Positions 12,738 through 23,692 of a stretch of 64,000 bases of DNA are shown piece by piece. Source of the stretch: Scyliorhinus canicula (taxonomy: Eukaryota); contig NC_052150.1 of assembly GCF_902713615.1 (NCBI RefSeq), positions 93,627,206 through 93,691,205 on the forward strand. Direction: 5' to 3'. The notes beneath the pieces are model-generated. The model was given only the letters and a program-made list of their open reading frames with translations. It made no database searches and was not told the origin of the DNA. Positions within the stretch are counted from its first letter, which is position 1. The number at the start of each line of letters is the position of its first letter. Both the position numbers and the translations under genes were made by a program.

Positions 12738-15073
12738 ATGGTGGAAACGGACACCCTGGGTTCGCATTGCCAAAACACGAACAGAAGAACTTTAGTTCCT
12801 CTGCAGTCTTTCTGTCACAATATTTTATTTGCAGTCCTGAAGTACCTGTAGATTTACTGTTCTACATTATTAAAGGACTCAGAATTGGACGTGCATTGCG
12901 ATGCCTTCGCTAACACTTCACTCAGACTCCACTGTACACAGTAGCTCTGGCGACGCTGCGAAGAGAGACGTTCTGCTTAAATTCGATCGCTGGGTGGCAC
13001 TGTGGGATAAAACCATCCCTGTAATACATGTTTCACAGCCTGGCATTGGTGTGTGGCATGGATCAATAGCGAGAAAAGAAATGGACCGTAAACAGTGATG
13101 AGTTTTTAACAAAGTGAAGAGGGTCAAATGACTGGAGAAAGAGACATTAAACGGGCCTTGAAGGCACAGATGGGAAACGTCAACTCCCATTTCTCTCTCA
13201 TGCTGCCAGATCTGCTGAGTATTTTCAGCATTTTCCATTCTGATTTCAGATCTTAAGCACCCCCTGTATTTTAGTTTTGTGCTAAAATGTACGGGAGGTA
13301 AAAGGTCCCAATCACTGTGAGAAGAGCTTGGAGTCCTAACCTTTCTTTCTTAATCAATTTAAGTGCTAAAAGAGGCATGTGGGTCCTTGCTATTTGCAAG
13401 TTAGCTGCCATTTGCTTGTATTACAGCGATTCTGCTTCAGAGGTCACACAGCAGTGCATGGACCCTTTACACCTTGCCTTGGTCCCGCCATGTATTCTGG
13501 GGCAGTTACACTGGGGCAAACTTACTGAGCAAACTCTCAATCTAAATAATAAAAGTCGTGATGTGCATGTTCTTGTTTTCACGTTTCCCAGCCACAGTAT
13601 ACTAAAGAGTAGCGCCCTACAACTTGATTGCTATTGCACAGATATATTCGAGTGCCTCCCCCCCCCCCCCCCCCCCCGCCAATCTCTGCTATCGGAGGCC
13701 GTTTAAAATGCGACACTTCGGGCCAACTGCTGCAATAACGTCAGTTCGGTGGACACATTAACAGAAAGCGAGTTTGAAAGCAGGAACTAATAGAACGAAT
13801 TTCCTCTTAGACCCTGACCCCCCCCCCCCCCCCCCCCCCATATTGAGGAACAAACGCCTGGAGCCCATATGTACCAGATCAGGCATTCAGTCCAAAACCA
13901 CTAGACAATTTAAAGCAAAGAGAAAAGGCAAAAATTTAATTATGTTCCATTTGTGACCAGGATACCAATTCCCTGAAAGTTATCGGTCCAGAGATTAGAC
14001 AACGCTAAGTCCTTATCGCGCCACTTATGAGATGTTACTGCTTTCCCTCTGTGCGAATGTTGTCCAATATTATTAGTTGTTTCTGGTCGATGAGCTCCAC
14101 AATTGCAGTGTGGGTTACTGGAATCGGCTCTTGCAGATATTACCACAATCTGCCATTTGCATGGACTCCAATCTTGCATTGCTAACCAATTCGTTCTAAA
14201 TCTAGTCTAAGTATCAACCGGTGTATTTAAGCAATGTTTAGAAAGGTAATAGAAGGGAAACTCCTTACATCAGAGACTTGACAATTATTTCCTTACATCA
14301 GAGAATTGACAATTATTTTACCGGATGTTACTAATCGAACATTACTGGTTATTACTTTATCTGAGTGATACCGCTTGCTGCTTGGAGAACATCTACATTC
14401 AGATCTTAAGACTATCAGTTAATGACTGGGAAACGCTCCCGGGATCCCCATCGTACACGTGCTGTATGTTTACATCTGAAGCACTGAGATTCATTTGGAA
14501 ACCAGCAAGTACGGGATTGTGCTGTGTATAGGGGTCACATACCCCGCTCCTGTTATATTGAACCCAACCCTTCCCGCCTTGGCCTCTGCAGCTGAAACTT
14601 TAGTCACTCACCCAGACCCAGCCACAATCTCAGAGAAGGGCGTCGGGAACTGAGCTCAACGCCTGCACCAATCACCCAAATTGTATCCCAGATCTAATAA
14701 AAACCAGTTGCTACATAAGCCATGTGACAACCTGGAGTTGTTAGCAGTTAATTTATTGCATAGAGCGTTTATGGAGAAAACCCTCGCAACATTTAGATGA
14801 ACACATGAAACGCTTTCGCATACAAGGCGGGAAAATGGGATTAAAATAGATAGGCGCTTGATGGCCGGGTTGATGGGCCTCTTTGTGTGATGTAAAACAC
14901 AATGACCAATATTGAAGTTTGACTGTGAGGTGAATCATACGCTGTCATTATGCTAATTTGTCTCTTTTCTCGTATTGGTTTTGTTCTAAACCCTGAAGAA
15001 ATGAGCGTGCAGCAAACGTTTAATAGCGCCAAGCCTGACTGACGACTGTGATACACAGAGCATGCGGTCTCAC

Positions 15074-15261
15074 CTCTGCCTTGTGATGAGGTTAATGTAG
15101 TGCCTCAATGCGGAGTAATATTTGGCCAGGTCCTCTGCGGGGGCACCTTCCCCGGGGTTGTCAGGCTTGGAGGGGTAAGCATCGGCAAACGTCCCTATGC
15201 AGATCAGCATGCAAAATGCAAATGTGAACACTCCCAGCCACAGTTTCATGTTGCCCTGCAT
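15074..15261 (-). CDS. NPY: Neuropeptide Y precursor, exon 2 (signal peptide plus mature NPY up to Arg35)
   Basis: Translates [62 protein letters not shown](R). Acceptor tttcAG lies directly before the ATG at 15261; phase-2 donor AG|GTGAG at 15073. S3/D6/A14/D16 fit NPY rather than PYY. Confidence 0.98.
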
Positions 15262-15988
15262 CTGAAAGGAGGGGGAAAAAAATCAAGGAAGAGGAACATT
15301 TTCCAAACACGCTCCACTTCGCGATCGCATTAAAACAAAACTCTGATCTTTATTCGTTTGTTAAGGTGGGGGGGGGGGGGGGAGAGAACATGATAATTGA
15401 CATTTTCCCAGCGGTGTAAAAGACTCCTGGAAAGTGCTGCCTTACTAGAACGATCACTGGGTTTACACATACAGCAGAGGATCTGACCGCTCTGTGCAGT
15501 GGGATTGTGATTCCCTGGCTCCACATAGGGATCAGTGCAATCCCTCTCGCAAAAGGCGCCTACAGACAATTCCATCCTTTTAAAGTTCTGTTCCACAGAT
15601 GAAGGGTTATATTTCCATTTTCGCGAAAGACCAGTTAGTCATGTTTCATAATCCCTTGACTAATAACCGTTTGACATCGGTGTTAACAAACTTTTCACCC
15701 AGTCCAATGCTCATTGCTATGTCCGACAATACATTTGGAAAGGTTTAAACATTCATCTTCAAATTAATAACTCCTTATTTTAAACATACATCCAACCATT
15801 CAAAATCACAACTGGCCAAATGATATAGATTTACCCGCAACGCGCTCTTTCTGGACTATTTGCGCTGTCCACCGTATATCATTTATACATTACATAAACA
15901 GGGAAGAAACTGAACCTTTCTGCCCGGGACGTCCTCGAATACACAAGGTGACTTGGTGTTAAGTCCTGCCCCAAGTTCATGTACTCAC

Positions 15989-16075
15989 ATTTCAGGTCTG
16001 CAGATGGTTGCCGTCTGTTGGGAATCTGACAGGAGGTTGGCGCTGCTCCCTGGTTGATCGCTGCCTTTTTTGAGT
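15989..16075 (-). other. NPY: NPY non-coding exon 1 (5' UTR); TSS approximate
   Basis: Strong donor AAAT|GTGAGTAC at 15988 with a CATAAAAA box ~110 bp upstream. Matches the known 4-exon vertebrate NPY layout with the ATG at the start of exon 2. Confidence 0.75.
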
Positions 16076-16100
16076 CTGAGGAGCTAGTGACATGTCATGC

Positions 16101-16108
16101 TTTTTATG
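16101..16108 (-). promoter_or_regulatory. NPY TATA-like box (CATAAAAA)
   Basis: Minus strand reads CACATAAAAAGC at an appropriate distance upstream of the exon 1 donor; from recall, mammalian NPY promoters use a similar CATAAAA variant. Confidence 0.7.
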
Positions 16109-16190
16109 TGTTCCCTCGGTGGAATGAGGGAGGTTCCTGGTCACACTTAATTGACCAGAATTCGTTATCACATTCCTGCAAATGTGAAAC

Positions 16191-16197
16191 TACGTCA
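16191..16197 (-). promoter_or_regulatory. CRE/ATF-like site (TGACGTA) in the NPY proximal promoter
   Basis: Motif match ~85 bp upstream of the TATA-like box; motif only. Confidence 0.35.
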
Positions 16198-16411
16198 GTA
16201 GCGCCAGTGCAGGAGTCCTGTCACTTAACGTGCTGATTCCTGACTGATAACACTGATTGCTTTTGCCGGCTCAAAGGAAACTTCATGCTGTATCTGCTGC
16301 GTATTCTGCCTCCTCTAACGTCCCAGGGGAGACACCGGCAATACAATGTCATTTAAAACAAACTTTGGCGACTCTCAACTACTATCCATTAACCCCCACC
16401 ACACCCTCCAC

Positions 16412-16619
16412 CTTTTAAAAAATAAATTTACAGTACCCAATTCATTTTTTACAATTATGGGGCAATCCACCTCCCCTGCACATCTTTGGGTTGTGGGGGT
16501 GAAACCCACGCAAACACGGGGAGAATGTGCAAACGGACAGTGACCCAGAGCCGGGATCGAACCTGGGACCTCGGCGCCGTGAGGCTGCAGTGCTAACCCA
16601 CTGCATCACCATGCTGCCC
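16412..16619 (-). mobile_element. tRNA-derived SINE ~300 bp upstream of the NPY promoter
   Basis: Very similar to the copy at 63308-63530; head GGGCAGCATGGTG...GGTTCGATCCCGG. Confidence 0.85.
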
Positions 16620-18204
16620 TTAGACAACTAGTTAACCCCATTTGCACATGCTTTGTTTCCGATGGAGGCGTTTATAGTCAGCAGGCGGCAGAGATTGAAT
16701 AAAAAGGTAATAAATGCTGGTGCAGGCATATTTGAAATGAAACGATCCTTTTGTCAATAATGTTACTGCAATGGGGTTAGAAATGCTTAAGATTGGTGCT
16801 TAATTAAAAGCGCACTGCTTTGCCGGGACGTTTAACCCTTTCAATCGGCTCGAAACATTCAAACCCAATACAGTACATCCTTGACGTATTTTCGATAGGC
16901 TTGGAAGAAAGTCAATATTGTATTTGCAATCTCGGAAGTTTTATTCTGCTTTGATGCAAATATGTAAGTGGTGCAAGTCGCTTCGATATTTTCAATGAAG
17001 TGCTCCCCCACGCCCCACATATTTGCTGGATTTTCAAACAGGAACATACTTGTCATGTGTTTTATACACAGACGGGGTTTTTTTTCTTGCAAATGAAATG
17101 GAGAGAAATGCTTGTGCAGCTCTTGGAAGGAGTACGTGAATTTTAAGTGTCTCCCCCACTCTATTTTGGCTGATTGTGAAGGGCGGGTTTAATAATGTTC
17201 TAGTTTTGCATGGCACCGCTGGTGCTGTGAGTGGAATTGGGAATGTCCAACGCTGCTGCAGTAAATCGCAATCAAGCCGGCTCCAGCAGGGGGAACATCC
17301 TTTATCTCTCACTAAACACCACGGGTACAAAATTAAAGATCAAGAAACACGCCATCAAACGAACTCCCCAATCCCATGACATTCATCAAAAAGTCAATTT
17401 CACACAGTGAATGAAAAGCCCCACACACAATTCTTGGCTCATTCTGCACCTTAATAATGATTTAACAGGGGGAGAGGGAGCAGCTTGCTGCACAACACGG
17501 TCACACTTAACACAGTCAGCACTGGAGGATTTTTGAAATACACCGGAAAATAAAAAAACACTGCCCCAATGCTTCATTTTCTGGGAGGCTTTCCGTTCTT
17601 GAAAAGCAGTGATCGAGCTACTCCTGCTCGGGGGTAACAACAATGAGGAGCATTCGGAGCACAGTCTTTTGTTGCTGAGAGTGCACTGGCCAGTCGCCAA
17701 ATAAAATGCAGATACAATAAATGTGTCCTCTTTTTGCTTACTGAATATCATGAAGTGCGACCGATCTGTTAAAAATGACACCCAGATCTCTGATTCACTG
17801 GAGGGCAGAACATCAAATGCTAATTGTCTGTGCAGTGAAATGGGCTCCTACGCTATGCAGACTTTCTGAAGTAACAGTGGGCGAAGTAAGGGAGAGGGAG
17901 CGAGAGAGGAAATCACTGAACTCGGTAATGGAAAAGACGTAATTGCAAAGTTCAGCAATTCATTTGAAAAACACGTCAGCAAGGACCCCGAAGTGAAAGC
18001 TGCACATGTTCTCGCGTAAGGCGGTGTGGGTCTGAATACTGAGGAGCAGCACATTCAGACCTCCTTAGGCAGGCAGCATAAAGTGTGTTAAAAAGTTAAC
18101 TGATGGTCGTGATGGTGATCGCATTAAAAGTGGAAGTTTATACATCTGAAAAAAAGGAAGACGCAGGAAGCCCGAAATATAAAAGCTGAAGAGATGGACG
18201 CACA

Positions 18205-21103
18205 AATAATAATAATCGCTTATTGTCACAAGTAGGCTTCAATGAAGTTAATGTGAAAAGCCCCTAGTCGCCACATTCCAGCGCCTGTTTGGGGAAGTGA
18301 TATGCCATCAATGAACACACGAGTGGTGAATGTAACTGAAGCTTTAATACACTAAATGGAAAGCCTCCTGGCCTCGGATCCTGAACTGAGGCAGGGTGGA
18401 GACTAGCTACCTTCATACCGAGCCCAAGGGAAGGCGGAGCCTGCAGGGACAAGCCCAGGCATGTAACAATACAATAGTACAATACAATACAGTGGTTTAC
18501 CACATTCACCCCCTGTTAAAACAAAAGTCCAGCAGGGGTGAAGTGGACTGAAAGATTAAGTCTGTCGGGGGCCTTGACCTTCCACCGTGATCGTCTCAGT
18601 CCCGGCTGTGGTGTGGGCACCGGTTTCGAGACCTGCGCGTCCGGGAGCATGTCGTCCTCTTCTTCACCCAGTAGTTGAGTCGGTGGAGAGGGGGGGGGGG
18701 GGGGTAGTGTGTGGGCAGGGGTGGTGGTGATGGCCGCCGGTGGGCCTGCAGGTGCCAGACCTTGAAGTAGCTGGGTAGTGGTGGAGGGAGACGGTTTAGG
18801 ATCGGGGGTGATGGTGATGGTCGCTGGGGAACCTTCAGGTGCCAAATCCCGGAGGGAGACTGTGTCCTGCCAACCGTCACAATGTGCCACGTAGGCATAT
18901 TGTGGATTGGCATGGAGGAGCAGGACCCTCTCGATGAGGGGGATCTGATTTATGATTCCTCGCATGCTTCCGAAGGAGGACGGGCCCAGGGACTGTCAGC
19001 CAGGATGGGAGAGAGACCCCGGAGGTGGACTTCCTGGGGAAGGCAAACATACGCTCGTGAGGGATCTCGTTGGTGGCAGTACACAGGAGCGACCGGATGG
19101 AGTGGAGCGCATCAGAGAGGACCTCCTGCCAGTGGGAGACCTCTAGACCGTAGGGCCAGGAGGACGGTCTTCCAGACCGTTGCGTTCTCCCTCTCCACCT
19201 GTCCGTTGCCCCGGGGATTGTAGCTGGTCGTCCTGCTGGAGGTGATGCCCTTGCTGAGCAGGAACTGACACAACTCGTCGCTCATGAAGGAGGAACCCCG
19301 ATTGCTATGGATGTAGGTGGGTGACCCGAACATGGTGAAAAGACTGTTCAGGGCCTTGATGACGCTGGCAGAGGTCATGTCAGGGCATGGGATGGCAAAG
19401 GGAAATCTTGAGTATTCGTCAACAATGTTGAGGAACTACATGTTACGGTCAGTGGAGGGGAGGGGCCCTATGAAATCGATGCTGAGGCGCTCAAAGGGGC
19501 GAGGGGTCTTTACCAGGTGCACTCTGTCTGGCCGATAGAAGTGCAGTTTGCACTCCGCACAGACCCGGCAGTCCCTGGTCATAGTCCTGACCTCCTCGAT
19601 GGAGTAAGGCAGGTTGCGAGCCTTGATAAAGTGAAAGAAAAAGGGTGACCCCCGGGTGACAGAGGTCATTGTGGAGATCCCGGAGTCGGTCTACCTGTGC
19701 ACTGGTACATGTACCACGGGATAGGGCATCTGGGAGCTCATTGAGCTTCCCAGGTCGATACAAGATCTCGTAGTTGTAGGTGGAGAGCTCAATCCTCCAC
19801 CTCAGAATCTTGGCATTCTTGATTTTGCCCCGCTGCGTATTGTTAAACATGAAGGCAGCCGACCATTGGTCAGTGAGGAGAGTGAATCGCCTGTCGGCTA
19901 GGTAATGCCTCCAATGTCGCACAGTTTTTACAATGGCTTGGGCTTCCTTTTCGACGGAGAAGTGCCGAATATCAGAGGCATGGAAGGTACGGGAGAAGAA
20001 AGCCATGGGCCTGCCCGCCTGATTGAGGGTAGCGGCCAGAACAAAATCCGCGCATCGCTTTCCACCTGGAAAGGAATGGACTCATCCACTGTGTGCATCG
20101 TGGCTTTGGCAATATCTGCCTTGATGCGGTTGAAGGCCAGACGGGCTGCTGCGCGGCACAGGCTTGCGCCGCACCCGGGACGGATGATGGCGGCGCCCAC
20201 GAGGTCCACCAGGGTGCCGTGCAGTCGGAGGTGTCGGCCTCCATGTTCTGAAAGGCCACCTCCAGCGAGTTTGAGAGCTGTACTGTCTCTGGGAGGCTGA
20301 GTGTACCCCCTTCTAGCAATCGCTGGTGGAGGTAGTTTCATTTCATGCCTGTGACATAAGCGTCCATGATCAACAGCTCTGCGTGTTGGGTAGCCGATAC
20401 AGCCTGGCAGTCACAGTTCCAGGAGAGTACCCGCAAGGCACACAGGAATTCTGCTAGTGATTCCCCAGGGCATTGTCGTCTCATGGCAAGAAGGTGCCTA
20501 GCCTACACCTCGTTTACAGACTTTACATAGTGTCCCTGCAGCAGCATTATCGCCTCCGAATACGAGGGGGCATTCCTGATAAGAAGACTTGCAGGCTCAC
20601 CTGTGCGTGGAGCATCTGCTTCTTTTGAAGTCTTCGGTGAAGGATCCGAGGTACGCTTCGAAGCAGCTTAGCCAGTGCTCAAATGTTGCAATGGCGTTGG
20701 CTGCCTGTGGGTCCAGCTCCAGGCGATCAGGCTTGAGTGATGAATTCATCTTAGATGTTTAGTTTATTAAATTGATATGCCATCAATGAACACACGACGA
20801 GTGGTGAATGGCTTTAATAAACTAAACGGAAAGCGTCCTGGCCTCGGATCCCGAACTGAGGCAGCGGCGGAGACTAACTACCTTTATACCGAGCCCGAGG
20901 GGAGGCGGAGCCAGCCGGCAGTAGTTTACCACATTACATATAATATCTACTACTGGTTCGGAGCCAGCAGGGACAAGCCCAGGCACGTAACAATACAATA
21001 GTACAATACAGTGGTTTACCACAGGACGGGAATTGAACCCATGCTGCTGGCCTTATTCTGCATTACAAGCCAGCTGTTTAGCCCACTGTGCTAAACCAGC
21101 CCC
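18205..21103 (-). mobile_element. SINE split by the LTR element (pieces 18205-18297 and 21024-21103)
   Basis: Tail half lies left of the 3' LTR and head half (GGGGCTGGTTTAGCACAGTGGG...GGGTTCAATTCCC) right of the 5' LTR; colinear with the SINE at 23502-23692. Confidence 0.7.
18298..21023 (-). mobile_element. Internally deleted Gypsy LTR retrotransposon (5' LTR 20773-21023, 3' LTR 18298-18504)
   Basis: Both LTRs are TG...CA on the minus strand; PPT AACAGGGGGTGAA adjoins the 3' LTR; gag start MNSSLKPDRLELDPQ at 20749; RNase H (SVEKEAQAIV) and integrase (LCHPGV, IHSNRGSSF, GNGQVERENAT) remnants; protease and RT deleted. Confidence 0.9.
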
Positions 21104-21974
21104 TTACAAATATGCTCCCATCTTCTGCAAACTCCTCTCAAGTTAACTTGTTCTTCCACCAAATACGTTAATTTATAAATTAGTACCGAGCAATTACATT
21201 TTGCAGTTCATTATGTGATGACCCCAAAATCCATAGGTCTTTGATCAGGGCACATTTGTGAGGAACAATTGAGAAAACTAGACTTGTTTCCTCCTGAGCA
21301 AGAAAAACTAAGGAGATTTGCTACCGATTTTAAAAACTTTGAATGGGTTTGGTACAGAGTGAGTGGAGAAATACCATTCTCTCCTGGTTGGGGATTCCGC
21401 GGCAAGAGATGATCGATTTAAAATTGGCACTGATAAAATGAGGAGCAAGGTTGGGAGATACGTCTCGATTTGTTGGAGGACAGCATGGTTTGCCACAAGC
21501 AATGGCTGCAGGTTTTAAGGGATGAACATTGAAATCAGGGTGAGATTCAAGGCTCCAGGGGCAAGTGGATGAGAGGGCTAGCGGGATTAGCTTTTGATTG
21601 ATCTCGCAAAATGCTGACAGAGATTGCATGAACCATGGACTCCTGTTAAAAAAAAATCTATACCTTATGATTTCATTCTGGATATTCTGAGGCAAGTTTT
21701 AGAATGTTTTCAACTGATAGTGGAGCTGGTGTGAGAAACAGAAAGATGAAAAATGATTCTTCATCCCTGAAGCCTACATTTTGACAGAGCTTGAAGTGAA
21801 ACCTTAACAAAGGTGTTAAATTACATAAAAGATAATTCTCCTTTTCTGTCTGTCCTTTTTCTCCACTCTTGCACATTTTCTTGGATGGGCTTGCTCTGTG
21901 AAAGGGATACGTGGGGTACCTCAAATGTCAAATGGACCACCCAACAATTCTGATTAACCGCAGCAACAGCCTTT

Positions 21975-23445
21975 GAATTTGGATTTGTTTATCGTCACAT
22001 TTGCCGAGGTACAGTGAAAAGTATTGTTCTGTGTACAGTCCAGACAGATCATTCCATACATGAAAAAAACATAGGGCAAATATAAAATACACAATGTAAA
22101 TACATAGACACGGGCATCGGGTGAAGTATACAGGGCTGCAGTACTACTCAGTAGCGTGTCGCGTCTTTTCGTCCGACGTCACTTCGTCCAACGACACTTC
22201 GTCCACGTCTTTTGGTCCAACGTCTTTTTGTCCGCCCGTCTTTTGGTCCAACGTCACTTCGTCCAATTATCCAATTACAAATTAACTCCGTATAAAACCA
22301 TTTAATTGATAAAATGCAAGTACAATACAGCAAGTGAATTTAATTGCTAAAATGCAAGTAATTGATAAAATGCAAGTAAAATGCAAGTTGAAAAATGCAG
22401 TTAAAAAGTTAAAAAATCTACAAATGCAGTTAAAAAATCTAAAAGTTTACTAATTACTTAAAATTCCCGAAATTACTTAAAATTGATGTAAATTGTAAAT
22501 TCCCGAAATTCCCTAAAAGTTAATAATACCTGCAATGTATGCCCCACATTCTCGAAATGTCTCCATTCTTTGTTTATCTGATGCCCAGTCTTTTTCAGGT
22601 TTAAAGCTCTTCGGATATATTGTAGAATATCCCGAAATTACTTAAAATTGATGTAAATTGTAAATTCCCGAAATTCCCTAAAAGTTAGATTTCCAGAACT
22701 GTACCCGAGAGAGAATAATGGGGAGAGGACAAGATGATTTGATATTCTACAATTCCGACAGACACAGATATAAGTGGGAGTCTAATTGGATTTAGACAAT
22801 GAGTGCAGTTCTGAAAGAAACAGATTTCAACTCGATTTTCGTCGAGTGATTAAAACCTCTGGTTGGCAGTGGGTTCTGACATTACAGGTCTGAAATGATC
22901 AAATATTCCATCAGATACAATGGCTCTCATCACGCTGGAGCATACATGGGTGAATATCCTGCAGCTTATCTTAATAATGTCTGAAGATCAAGCAGCACAA
23001 ATGCAGAACTCCACCTCAAGAGGCAAAATAGATGGAGAGGATCCTTGAGCAGTAACATTGAAAAACTAAATTAAACTATTTGTAATTGGATAATTGGACG
23101 AAGTGACGTTGGACCAAAAGACGGGCGGACAAAAAGACGTTGGACCAAAAGACGTGGACGAAGTGTCGTTGGACGAAATGACGTTGGACGAAAAGACATA
23201 GCACCACTCAGTAGAGAAGATGTGTGAACAGATCAGATAAGGCCATAAGAGGGTCATTCAGGAGTCTGGTAACAGTGGAGAAGGAGCTGTTTTTGTATCT
23301 GTTCGTGCGTGTTCTCAGACTTTTGTTTCTCCTGCCTGATGGAAGAAGTTGGAAGAATGAATAGGCCAGGTGGAACGGATATTTGATTATGCTTCCGGCT
23401 TTCCCAAGGCAGCGGGAGGTGTAGATAGTCAATGGATGGGAGGCC
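21975..23445 (-). mobile_element. Rex1/Babar-like LINE 3' fragment, interrupted by a foldback element
   Basis: C-terminal peptide FQLLPSGRRNKSLRTRTNRYKNS (23208-23432); 3' UTR continues left of the insertion to an AATAAA-like tail with short repeats. Confidence 0.65.
22155..23205. mobile_element. Non-autonomous foldback DNA transposon, Mutator (MULE)-like
   Basis: ~125-bp near-perfect TIRs built of ~15-bp tandem units (GTCTTTTGGTCCAAC / GTCACTTCGTCCAAC); exact 9-bp TSD ACTCAGTAG at 22146-22154 and 23206-23214. Confidence 0.85.
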
Positions 23446-23501
23446 TTTCTCTTTGAGCAAGATAAATAAGGCTAATTGATGGGCTTCATTACCCCAGCAG
23501 C

Positions 23502-23692
23502 AGCACTCGTGGCAAGTCCTGTATTGGCACAGGGCTAAATCGCTGGCTTTGGAAGCAGGCCAGCAGCACGGTTCGATTCCCGGAACAGCCTCCCCGGACA
23601 GGCGCCGGAATGTGGCAACTAGGGGCTTTTCACAGTAACTTAATTTGAAGCCTACTCGTGACAATAAGCGATTTTCATTTAATTTCATTTCA
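23502..23692 (+). mobile_element. tRNA-derived SINE
   Basis: B box GGTTCGATTCCC; tail GCCTACTCGTGACAATAAGCG followed by (TTTCA)n. Confidence 0.7.

Noticed and set aside
14263-14318. 28-bp tandem duplication in NPY intron 2
   Set aside because: Real, but an ordinary slippage duplication with no further structure.
15070-15261. Single-exon 63-aa ORF, or PYY identity
   Set aside because: The apparent TGA overlaps the splice donor (AG|GTGAG) and downstream exons complete the precursor. Diagnostic residues and the CPON ending DEPSMW fit NPY.
22530-23060. Transposase remnant inside the foldback element
   Set aside because: Only short open stretches, with no MULE motif I can identify; needs a translated profile search.
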